Of a DNA stretch of 55,155 nt, positions 28,901 through 40,900 are shown piece after piece. The number at the start of each line of letters is the position of its first letter. The stretch's first letter is position 1. The notes beneath the pieces were generated by a model. It was not told the origin of the DNA. It made no database searches and saw only the letters and a list, made by a program, of their open reading frames with translations. Source of the stretch: Bacillota bacterium (GTDB lineage Bacteria > Bacillota > Clostridia > Christensenellales > CAG-917); assembly GCA_050873585.1 (NCBI GenBank), contig JBNMJA010000002.1:1-55155 (forward strand). Reading direction: 5' to 3'. Position numbers and translations under genes: made by a program.

Positions 28901-31900
28901 TCTTTGTGCAAGAACGTATCGACGACGATCGAACGGTTCTCGTAATCGGACATATACATTATGCTTCTGTTGAGAACGGTCACTGTGATTTCGCCCGTTT
29001 CGACGTTTTCATTCTTGCCTGCGTTGTATCTGTATCTCACGCCGACGGTGTACTTCTTGCCGAAGTATTGCGAGATGTTTGCATAGAAGTCCTCATCGCC
29101 GAAGTCGTATTCAACGGTGACGAGTTGATCTTGCACTGTCTTGTCGGCGTCTGCACTCTTGACTTTGACGAGTTGCTTGCTTCCGGACTCGAAGAGCGTG
29201 CTCTTGATTCCGTACGGATCGAGAACGTATTTCTCGCCGCCTACAAGTTTTTCGATGCCTGCGCTTGCGACTTTGACTTTGGCCGTAACGTCGCTTGTGA
29301 GTGCGTCGGAGGAGATCGTGAGAGTCATGTTGCCGTCAAATCCCGCCGCCGTGTAATCGTCGCTCCATGCGAGCGCGACCGATATCTTCTTGTCGTTCAC
29401 GTTGAGCGTGGTTGACTTGATCAAGCCGCCGTAGAAGTGATCTGCATCGATATCGACGCTGAAACCATTCTTGCTGTCGCCTGCAATGCCGTCAAGCGTG
29501 AATTCGTTGTTGATCTTGAACGTGAAGTCTTTCACGACGGTTTCACCGTTTGCCGATTGTCCCGTGACGTACGCTTTGCGTGTGAACGAGCCGTTTGCGA
29601 TTTCTTCTGCAGTCGGCATACTCGTATCGAGCCAGTGGAGCGGTACGTTGTTATGCGTCGTTTCGCCGATCTTGACGTTTGCGGTGGTTGCAAACGTGAA
29701 TTTGTCGAACACGTCATACGCTTTGAGTTTGCCGTCGGAATCATACATGCCGTCGGGTTTTACGTCAACGCTCGAATTGTATCCGCTGACGTAAATTCTT
29801 GCCGTGAACGCGTCTGCGCTCGGATAGCGAATGGAGAGCCCGTCGAAGAAGAAGTACTTGCGTTCAACGTAATCTCTGCCGTTCAACTCTTCCTTGTTCG
29901 GTGCGGAGTAGTCAATCCACTTGACTTCGACTTCGGTTTCGCCCTTGCCTTCGCTTGCGGTGACCTTTGCCGTGCTAGGCAACTTCCACTCGTCAAAGAC
30001 GTTGTAGGAGAGTTGAATCGTATCTTCGCCCACACCTGCGACCTTGCCGCCCGTGGCGGTGAGCTTGCTCTCGCCGTCAACGAACTTGCCGTCTGCAAAC
30101 GTGTAGTCGGGCATATTGATTCTGAACGAAACCATCTGTCCGCCGATCGTCATATACGCTGTCTTTTCAACGCCTTCGATGCTCGCAGAGGACACTATGC
30201 CGTCAAACGATTGTACGTATGCGATATACGGCTCGCCCTTGTCGAGCGTTACGAGCACAGGCGTGCCGTCGATTGCATCGCCCCAGTTGCTTGTCTTGAA
30301 GTAATCGCTCGGATTCTTTGCGAAGTTGATCGGGTCAATGCCGTATGCAACGCCGTCGATTTCATGCGTTTGTTGATATACCGTGCCTTTGTAATTATTT
30401 ACATTAGCAAGTGCTTCTTTGAGGATGTCGAGTTTTGCTTGGTCATCCGCATTCGCTCTCACGTACGCCGCAACGTCGCCTATATCCTCGTTGTAGAAGA
30501 AGTTGACCGACTTGACGGTTTGCTTCTCGACGCTGAGTTTGAGCGTTATCGTTTGTGCGGTGTAGATTGCATTGCCGTTTTCATCCGATTTGCCACTGTT
30601 GACAAGCGCGAGTTTCTTGCCGTCTTTCGTGCCGTCAAGCGTCGCATATGCTTCGACTTGAGCGTAAATCGTGCCGCCGTCAAAGATATTCTGCTCCGCT
30701 TTAAGCTTCGTGCACGCCGCGTTGGTGTAGTACTTCACCGTGCTCCAGTCGGGGAACATCGTGTGCGTCGCAGTGCCGAAAGATACGGAGAACGATTGAT
30801 AGTTCTCATTCTCGTACCACGTCGGATCAAGCGTGTCTTCGTGATCCACGTTGACAGCAAGCGTCGTGGGCTTGAGTGCGCTTACTTCAATCGGAATGTA
30901 AACAACTTGCTTGCCGCTGTAATCCGTGCCGATCGTGAGTTTTGCATAGAGCGGATACGTTCTTTGATTGGTGTATCCCTCGTATGTGATCTCGTCGGAC
31001 GTGAGGTTGTGTACGCCGTTATTGTATGCGTCGTAGTAGGTTTCGCCCGCTTTGATGAACGGCGCTTCCACTTTGAGTCCGTTGCCGACGGTCATCTTTT
31101 CTTCGGACTTGTTGCCGCTTGCGTCTTTAACGTTGAGCGCAAAGTTGCTGCCGAGAGATGCCACGGTGATTCTGTCGTACGAATACTGGTCGAACGTGAT
31201 TGCCTTTGACATAGAATCGTACACGAACGGTTTGACGACGATTCTCACGTTAACTTCTTGCGCAAGTTTTCCGGTGTAGGTTTTTTGCTGTCCTACGAAT
31301 CCGGACTTGTCTTCACCTAAGGTCTTTTTGGTGACCGTGGTGGAAATGCTGAATCTCTGTCCGCCGACTTTTGCCTTGACGGTCACGTCAACGCCCTTGT
31401 AATAGTCGTATCCAACGATATCGCCGTTGTCGTTTCTGTGGGCAATCGCGTCAAGTGCCTTTTCAAGTTCTGTCAAATCCCACTCGACGTCATAGCCGTT
31501 CATATTCTTGCCTGCGACGTTCTTGCTGTTGATAAACTTGAATTGATTGACGTATTCGACGAGCTTTTGAGTGTCGGCATTGATATCCATTGCTTTAAGC
31601 TCGAGAACCGTGGAGTAATTGCCGTCGTTATCACGCGCGTTGGTGAATTTCTCTGCCGAAGCCGTATCGATTTCTCCGTTCGCATGGGCCTTCATCATCT
31701 GCGTGAGATGCGATATCTTGTAGTTCTTTGCGCTGAGTTCGATCGAACCGTTGACAGCCTTGCCCAAGCCCCATTGATATGTGAATCCGACTTTGACGGA
31801 GTTGCTTTCGGAATCCGTGTTCCAAGAAGTCGAACCTTGCCAGTCGTATGTGAATTCATCCGTGTTCCAGTCAATCGTGCCTGCGGGGAATTGCTTGCCG

Positions 31901-34900
31901 GTGGGCAAATTGCTACGGCTGAGCACGTAATACTCAACCTCTTCACCGCTTGCATTTCTTGCTTTGAACGTCTTGTAAACGGTGTTGCCCTTTGCGTCTT
32001 GTTCAGTCACAAGGCCTGCTACGTAAGCGGGCATCAAGACGTACTTGTTGCCGTCCGCATTGACGTTTGCCTCTGCGCCCTTGTCAATCTCTTCTTGCGT
32101 GGGTTGCACGAGGATCTGATATCCGTTTTCGGACGGTGCGCCGCTTATCGGATTGATAACCGCGTGCAGCATATTGCCTTCGCTGTCCTTCAGATAAGTT
32201 CCGAACGTTGCTTTGCCTGTCGAGAACGAAATTTGGACAAGATTGGGCAGTTCTGCCATAAACTTGCTACTATCACTGTCGATGTCGATATTCAAAGCTT
32301 TGGTGCCGTAAGAACCGTCGTCGTTTCTATACAAGCCCTTGACGGATTGCACTTCTTTATCGTTGGTGACGTAAACCGGTATTGCATAAAGCACAGTGTT
32401 GAGTGCATAGCCGTAGACATAGCCCGCAAGACGTCTGCCTTTTTCGTCTGCCGTTTCGGAATTTGCCGCAGTCAAATCGACCGACGCGCCGTCCCAAACG
32501 ATGAACGTACCCGTTGCGTCTTGATATTGGCTTCCGGAGTTGTAAGACGTCATCTGTTTTCCGTCAATGATTATCGGGAATGTCACGGTTGCCTTTTGCG
32601 GGAAGAGCGTTTCATCGAGGAAGAAGCTATCTCTGAGCTCAAAGTCTTTTCTTGCACCGCCGGATATAGCGTAGCCTTTTCTTGTTGCAGGATCTTCAAT
32701 GACAATTTCCGTCGGAGGTTCAACGCCGATATTACCTGCGGATTCGGATTCGTCAAAATACAGCAATCCCGTCTTATAATCGGCGTGATTTATGCTATAC
32801 GGCGTAATGCGAAGCATAAAGAAGTCCCATGCATCCTTGACGTTGCTAGTCTGCTTGGTCGGACGTGTTGCGAAGTTAAAGTCGCCGGTTCCGCTTCCGA
32901 CTTTTTCGTTGTACAACATTTCGGTACCAATACCGTTCTTCTTGCCGTTGACCATAATTTCGATAGCCTGAATGCCGGGAGCAACGGTTTCACCGCTATT
33001 GCAACCATAATCAGATGCTGTCGGATTGATGTCAATGTAGATATTGATTGACGGATTGATCGTACCGCTTGCAAACGGAAGGGGAAGAATGCCGCCGATG
33101 AGTTTGGTCAAATTCTCCAAAGTATCACCGGCAAGTCTTTGGATAGTACCCCAAATACCATCCATATTGATTGCCGGACCGACAATGCATTCCATTGCCC
33201 ATTTGAGCAATGCAAACGGTATACTTCTCATATAAGGTTCTACGTAGTCAACCTTTTCTTGTGTGGTTGCGTTCTTTGCCAGCAACGTGTCTAATCCGTC
33301 GAAGAAAGCAGTGATCGGCTTTGTAGTAGTGCCATAAGGTTTATCCGATGGAGAAATGTTTGTCGCAGAACCGATATCTTTAACATTGACGAAATACACA
33401 TTGCTTCCGCTGGATTTACTATCGGCATTATTGTCTCCGTTGCGCATGAGATTCATAAGGATGCAGCTCACCATAATGATGAGTTCGTTATATGCATCTT
33501 TGTTGAGCTCAACCTTGAGAGAAATCTTTCCTGCGCCGTTGGACACTTCTTTTGCACCTGCAAAGTACGGCCAATATCCGTTGTTGTTGAAGAGATTTAC
33601 GTCAACGCTCTTGATGAGATTTTCAAGATTTGCCGGATATGAATACGATTCCTTCTTCACTGGATCGTTCCAACCACTGCTTGCTTGCGTTGAAGTATCA
33701 GCAGCAGTCTTTGCGGACGGATATTCATATGTTGCATCGTCGCCGTCAGTACCGCTTACGAGTTTAAGCGGGAATGCATCTGCCAACAGTGTTCCAAGAT
33801 CAAGGCATTTCAAATATGCGCCGATTGCTGGGATGCCCGAAACCAAATCGACAGTATTACCGCCAACTTTTATGTCAGACAAGAATACGTTGTTGCCACC
33901 GAAAATAACGTTCAGTCCTACCGTATCTTTTATTGAAGCACGATTTAATCCAAGTCCAAGCAAAAGTTTGTAGCTCTTGGCAGAAAGATTGCTTGCGTCT
34001 TCAACCAAGTTCGTTGCAGTATAATCTTTCTTACCAGACAAAGTTATAGTTGAATGTTCATAACCCGAATAAATCCTTGGAACACCTACAATACCTAACG
34101 ATACCCAGCCGGTATAAGCGCTCCAAACGGTATTTTGAATTTCGAGATTAAGACCGGGCTTGAGGTTGTCGATGACGTTTTGGATGAGCGACATAATGCC
34201 GGACGTCTTGGAGAACGTCAAGCCCGCATAACCTGTCTTCACCGATTCGATGAGTTTTTCGCTGTCAACCTTGCTTTGACCAAATCCGAGAGCGAAGTTC
34301 TTGATCGCAACGTTTGCGCCCGTGCCTACGCTGTCGAGTTGTGCGTTGAGGTTGATGGACTCAAGACCGCCTGCGCCGAGGTTGACGTCAAGTTTGACTG
34401 ACTTGATGGGCGGAAGCGTTATATCGCCGAGATCGAGGCCGATTATATCGATAAGCGTCGAAATGAACGCATTGTCGAAAGACATACCCAAACGTCCGTT
34501 TTCGATGTCGATTTGCAAATAGAGAGCCGAACCGCTTGCTGCGGCTTTTGCGTCTGCACTTGCGTCTGCATCGGATGTGGACGCGTCTGCGCTTGCGACT
34601 GCGTCGGAAGCGGTGCCCGCACCGTAACCCGGAGTTGCGCCGAGCAAGCCTGCGATACCTTGGAATTTGATCTTGCCAAGGCCCAAACCGCTTGCGTCGA
34701 TGTAAATTGCGTCGGAATAGATCTCGTCTTCAGTGTAAAGACCACTCGTGCCGACGCCAAGTTGCCACTTGTTGTCGTTGCCTTTCTTCATAAGTCTCGA
34801 AGAGCCGAGGTAGTATACACTGAGGATCGTGGAGTTGATCGGGTCGCCTGCCTTGATATCGACTGCGAGGTCGCTGAACAGGATACCGCCGATGCCGTAT

Positions 34901-37900
34901 GCGAGGATAGGCGCGATATTGATATTTGCGGCAATATCGATTGTGAGGTTGATAGCCTCGCTTGCCATAGTGATATTGACGTCTGCAAGAGTGTACTTGT
35001 AGTAATTCGTCTTGTTATCGTAAGACGTTCCCGTAAACACCTCGTATGCTCCTTCGGAATTCAAGATATACACTTTGCCGTCATGTACTTTGCCGTCGCT
35101 ATCTTTGAGCGTATTTGCGTCAACGAATGTCAATTCGGAGAACTTGCCTAATATGGATTGTCCTCCGAGGACGTTTGCAAGCAACTCTTGCACCCAGCCT
35201 GCCAACGATTCTTTGTAGCCTTCTTGTCCCGGTTTGAGATTCTTTGACGTCATTGTGAGATCGAGCGTCAAGGTCAAACCGATCGTGGGCAGATTGAGAT
35301 CGGAAATATTGAACGTTCCCGTTCCATTAACGAGTGCTTCGAGGTCAAGCGCAAGAATCTCGATATAGCCTGCCGGCACTGTTGCGTTCACAGACTTGTA
35401 GTAAGTCTTGCTGCCGTCAACTGCACCCTTGTCTTCTACATATTCGCCTTTTTCGTTCTTGACATACTTGGTTTGAGAAGCATCTTTTTCAAGCTCGGCT
35501 TGTGTAAGTTGCTTGAAGACTTTCTTGCTCGTCGTTACCAAGTCAAAGTGCGTTGCCACGGATTCGGAAATGTCTTTTGTGATGCTTGCCGCCGGGATAT
35601 CGAGGCAGAAGTACAAGCCGTCGCTCAATCTCAAGTTGAGACTGAACTCTGTCTTGCCGCCTGTTGCGTCCATTCTGAAGAGAATATCGCCGATATCGGG
35701 GAGCAGATCCTTCGTGGAATCGAGACCGCGGATCGCCATAATCTTTCTGTAGATTGCGTTGATGAGATCCGAGTTGAGTTGGAGCAAGAGTTTTTGCGGC
35801 GTGACGTTGATCATGAAGTACGCATAATCCTTCATCGTATCTATGATCGTGTCGATATCGCCACTGTTTGCTGTTTGTGCCTGAGTGGATTCTTCGCCGC
35901 TCGCTTCGCTCAAGAATTTGCCGAGAACGCCCTCGAGCAATCCGTCGAGATTGATATCGGTCACAGCGACTTTTGCGGTGTTGCCGAGGATTCCGCTGAG
36001 GTCAACGTAAATCGCGTTGTCGATGAGGTAGATTCCAAGAAGCGTTCTTGCCGCAGTTGCACCCGCCGTATATTTGTTGAGTTGCAAACCGAGATCTACT
36101 TTGAAGTTTTCAACATCGATATTTGCAACGAGATCGAGTTTGAGATATGCGCCTTTATCGTTGCCGAGTTCGTTGACGATGTTGAGTTTGAGCGTAGAAC
36201 CGCTGACCGCGCTATTGGGATTGATGAGTCCCATCACGAGGTCGAGGATTTCGCTCAAATCGATTTCGTTTGCAGAACCATCTTGCGGAGCACTGCCGTA
36301 CAACGAAATGTCAATCGACAATTCGAGATGTGCAGTTGCGTTTTGCAATCTGACATAATTACCGTATGCCGCTTTTTTCGCATAACGCGTGCCCGTATCG
36401 ACAGCAGTTGCAAGACGATAATCTTCGCCGTCTTTGACGTATTCGCCGTTTTCGGACTCAACGTATTCGTAACGAATTGTGCCGTCTGCGTTCTTATCGG
36501 CAAATTTCTCGTCTTTGTCTACGGAGAAGTCTTTGTTGACTCTTGCATAGATCTTGCCGAGAGAAATTGCAATTGCGAAGTCACCTTGCTTGAGGTATGC
36601 GCCCTTCGTTTCGGTTGCGGTGTGTTTGACAAACTCACCGTTTTCGTAATCGTAGGTATCGCCGCCCCATGCAGGGTATGCGTAAGCAACGAGAGCGTAA
36701 TCGTCAGTGGAAACGAGAACGTACGTATTGTCGTCGTCAGCACCCGTGCCTTGCGTGTATTCGCCGTTTGCATCTTTAACAAACTTCGTGCCGCTCCAAT
36801 TGCTGCCATTGAAGTACTTGCCGCTTGCGCCGTACATTGCGTTGAAGTTGGCAACGGTTTCGTAATAGAGCGTGCCGACCTTGAATCCGAGGTTGATATC
36901 GATGCTGGGCGAGTTGCCGTAGAAGTTGATCGTGATACCGCTCGTATCCTTGGTGTCGGTGGTGCGGAGTTTGGGCAGGAATTCTCCGATGCCTTGGAGA
37001 ATCTCGCTGTCACTGTCTGCAAGCATACCGATGAGGTCTGCAATGAGGGTTTCGTTGAGACCGACGGTGATAAAGTCGTTTGCGATGAGCAATCTGCCGA
37101 GCACGACGTTGAGAACACTCCAAATGTTTGCGGGAATCAAGCCGGTGTTGGCTTCTTCGTCGTCTGCAGCGGTGAACGCTTGTGCGGATGCGCTTGATGC
37201 GCTCGTGCCGAGGATGCTTGACAAATCAAGACCTTCCACTACTCCGTAGGAGAAGAAGTCGCCCCAACCGACGATGTCGCCGATTTGACTTGCGTCAATG
37301 TTGAGATAGAGTTTGCCGTCTCTGATTTCGACCCACAACAACGCCTTGGGCTTTTCTTCGCCGTGGAAGTTGGTTTCATAAGTCAACTCAAGGTAGATCT
37401 TTGCGCCTTCGAGGACTTGGAGAATTCCTACGCTCGTGTCGCCCGAAATCATCTTGACGAGATTTGCGAGTTGGAGATAGACCTTGAGGTCGAGGTTGAG
37501 ACCGATGAGACTCTGGAATTCCGCGTTGTTTTTCAAAGACGTCGCGATGAAGTAGAGATAATCGCAAATGGTCTTGTCGTTGATGAACTTGGTGAATTGA
37601 TACGTCCAGTTGATGACGTCGTCGAGAGTCGTTCTGATATCGAGATTCAATCCGAGTTCAACGCTTTGGAGTCCTGAAAGAACGCTTGACACGTCAAACG
37701 TACCGCCGCCGAGCAAATCGCCGAGATTGAGCGCAAGCGCTTTGGTGTAGTTGGTGAAGTCAATGACTTGCTTGTACACTTTGACGTTTGCGTGTGCTGT
37801 CTTAAATGCGTCCGCTTCGTCCATATCGGTATAACCGTTGCCGTTGGGGTCGATGCGGTAATACGTTTGTCCGTTATAAACGACTTCCTTGCCTGTGCCC

Positions 37901-40900
37901 TTTTCGTTGCCGTTTGCGCTCGGATAATCGCTTGCAAGGACGTATTGCAAGTTGCCTTCGCCAGTGAAGCCTTGGAGTTCGTCTTTGTTGACTCTGACGA
38001 AGTTGCCGTTGTCGTCAACGGTGTAGAGCGTGCCCGTGAACGATCTGAATTGATTGTTGCTCACGAGGTTTCTGTACTCGCTGTACTCTTCGCCGAGATG
38101 GTTGTTGCCCGCAATGTCGTTGAGACGTTCGTAAACGAGCATATAGATGCCGTCGACGTCGGTGTACAACTTGCCGTCGTATGCGGTTTGTCTTGACGTG
38201 AGAACTTCGCTCATAACGGGCGCTGCCTTCATATATCTGTCTTCAGGACCGACAGTCGTTGTGCCGTTGCTGTACAACGCACCTCTTGTGCCGTCTGCGT
38301 TTTCGATATAATCAAAGCCTGTCGTTTCGTCATGTATGAGTTTAACGTAATCTTTGTTGTTGTAATTCTTTCCGTAGTAATTGCTGTAATCTTTGTTGTC
38401 GTTGTCGCGATAGAAGTTTGCATAGTAGAAGATAGCGTTCGAGCCTTGTTGCATGTTGAGGATATCTTCTTTTCTGCCGAACTCGATGGACGAGGACTCA
38501 TCCGCCACGCCGTTCAGACCTTGAATGTTGAGTCCGAGATTGAGCACGGGGATATCGCCTCTCTCGTTGAAGAGGATTGCGCCGATCGTAATGTCGTACG
38601 GATTGAGATTTTGTTTGAGGTAAACCTTGAGGTTGGGCAACATACTCGTGATGCTCGCGCTGTCTGCAATAAGTTCGTTGAGCAGAACTTTTGCAAAGCC
38701 CGACGTCACGTTGAGCGCGATTGCATTGGTGAATATGTTGATGAACAAACTTGCCGCATCGGGATCCTGCTTGTCGGGATTGTTGTCTGCGACAGGATCT
38801 GAAGCAACCGATGCGTCGGCTGCGTCGTTTGAACCGATATTGGCAACGAGACCCGTGAGCACGTCCTCAAGAGAGTACTCGCTCATATCCACGAAGAGTT
38901 TTGCGTCTTTGCCGAGCAATGCCTCTGCGTCAACGTATAGACCCGCTTTGCCCGTGTCTTGATCGTTGTCGTAGTAGATGCCGAGAATGTGCGGCTTGGT
39001 GCCGTCAAGGAGTTTGTATTTATAGTTGTTGGCGTCTCTGTCTTCGCTCGTGACATAGTTCTTGCCCGTGTTGTCGTCAAGCAAGTCGTTCTGTTCCCCC
39101 CAAACGTCGATTGCAACGTCGAGGTCGCGGATATCGATACCGAAGGACGGGAGTATGTAGAGTTTGAAGCCGAGGTTCAAGCGGAGTGAGAAGTAGACGT
39201 TGAAGGTCATATCCTCTGCGATCTGGAATTTGCCCGTCATCGCGCCGAGGATGCTGCCCAAAACGTCTCCGAGCGCTTCGTTTATGCCGCTGTACTTGTC
39301 GTCGAGGTCGCTGTTGACCAATACAAACAAGCCGTTTGCATTGTTGAGCGTTGCCAAATCGTCCTTTTCGGAGACCTTGACGTAGTCGCCTTGGAATTTC
39401 TTGTAGGCAATGCCTTTGCTCTTGATAAGGTCAAACGTGGGTTCAACGTTTCTTATGCTCTTGTACACTTCTGCGTAATCCGCATACGGGAGATAAATCT
39501 TTCCGGATTGTAGGAACAGACTGCCTCTCAATGCAAGCGAAATGTAATAGAGATTGTCGGTATCAACGTACTCTTTGTATGCGTAATCCGCATATTCGGG
39601 TTTGGAGAAGTCGGGTTTTTCAACCGAACTGTTTTGTTGAACCTTGATGAAGAAATCGGTATCGTTGGCTTCGTCGTCTGCGGAAAGAAGGACTTTCTTT
39701 TCGGTGTTGTACACTTCTTTCTTGTAGATGAACACTCTTTGGACACGAACGTACGCACTCGTTGCGTCAATATAGTATTCCTTCGAGCTGTCGTTTTCCA
39801 TCTCGCCGATGAAATCGGGCATGTGATCCCAATCCGCCGTGGCTTTTTGATACTTGCCGTCGCCGTCCTTGACGAACAAGGTGTCGGGATTGATCTCGAT
39901 ATACTTATCTTTGTACTCGTAGAAGCGCGGATTGTCTTGATACTTGGTCGTGCTGAACGTACCTTTTTCATAATAATCGAAAGCCCAGTTGTCGATGCCG
40001 TCCGTCACTTTGTCAACGCTGGTGTAGATTTCTTCGTCGGTGTTGACGTAACGTGCGCCTGCGGCAATCTCTTCGATTTGGTATTTGGAATCGTTCAGCG
40101 CGTCCTTTCCTGTGACGTATTGGAACTTCGTCACGCCGATTTCGGGCGCGTTGATTGCGATGGAAACCTTGTGATTCCACAAATACAAGTTGACGGAGAG
40201 GAACTCGTTGCGCGCTTCGAGCGGAGTGACAACGCTGTACTTGAAGTCAACGGCTTGATAATTGTTCTCGCCGATCTTCTCGTAAAGTTTGGGAACTCTG
40301 ACTCTGCGATCTTGCAATACCGCGACCTTTTCGCAGTTGTTGATCTGAGTTTGCGTAGCGTCGGCATAGAGAACTGCGTTTTTATCGGAAACGGGGTTGC
40401 CGTCTTGCAAACGGATATACACGTCAACTCTCGTGACGTCGTAATACTTCGCTTTTCCGGAAATAACTTCGTTGTCTTTTGCCGTGCGCTCGGTTTCGGA
40501 CATTTCGGACTTCTGTACGAACGCACCGTCCGCCGCCTTGTAGTAAATACCCTTGTTTTGTGCGCCTTCACCCGTGTACTGGGTGACTTTGAACAAATAC
40601 TTGGACTTGGTGAGAGTCTTTTCGATATCTTTGACAAGTGCCTTTCGTTCGCTCTCATCGATCGCAGCGTCATACTTGGTGATGAATTCGTTCACGATAT
40701 CTTGTGCGCTCGTGTACGAATATCTGGTGTTGTCGGTGTAAAGCGTGACGTTGGGTTGATTGACGAATTCATCGTCGTCGAATTGGATCGCGTTCTCGCC
40801 CATTACGAGAGAGAGAATGCTGTTGATATAGTCTGCTTGTGCAAGAACTTTGATATATCTTGAAGTGATTTGCAAACCGTATGCAAACGTTCTGATATAT

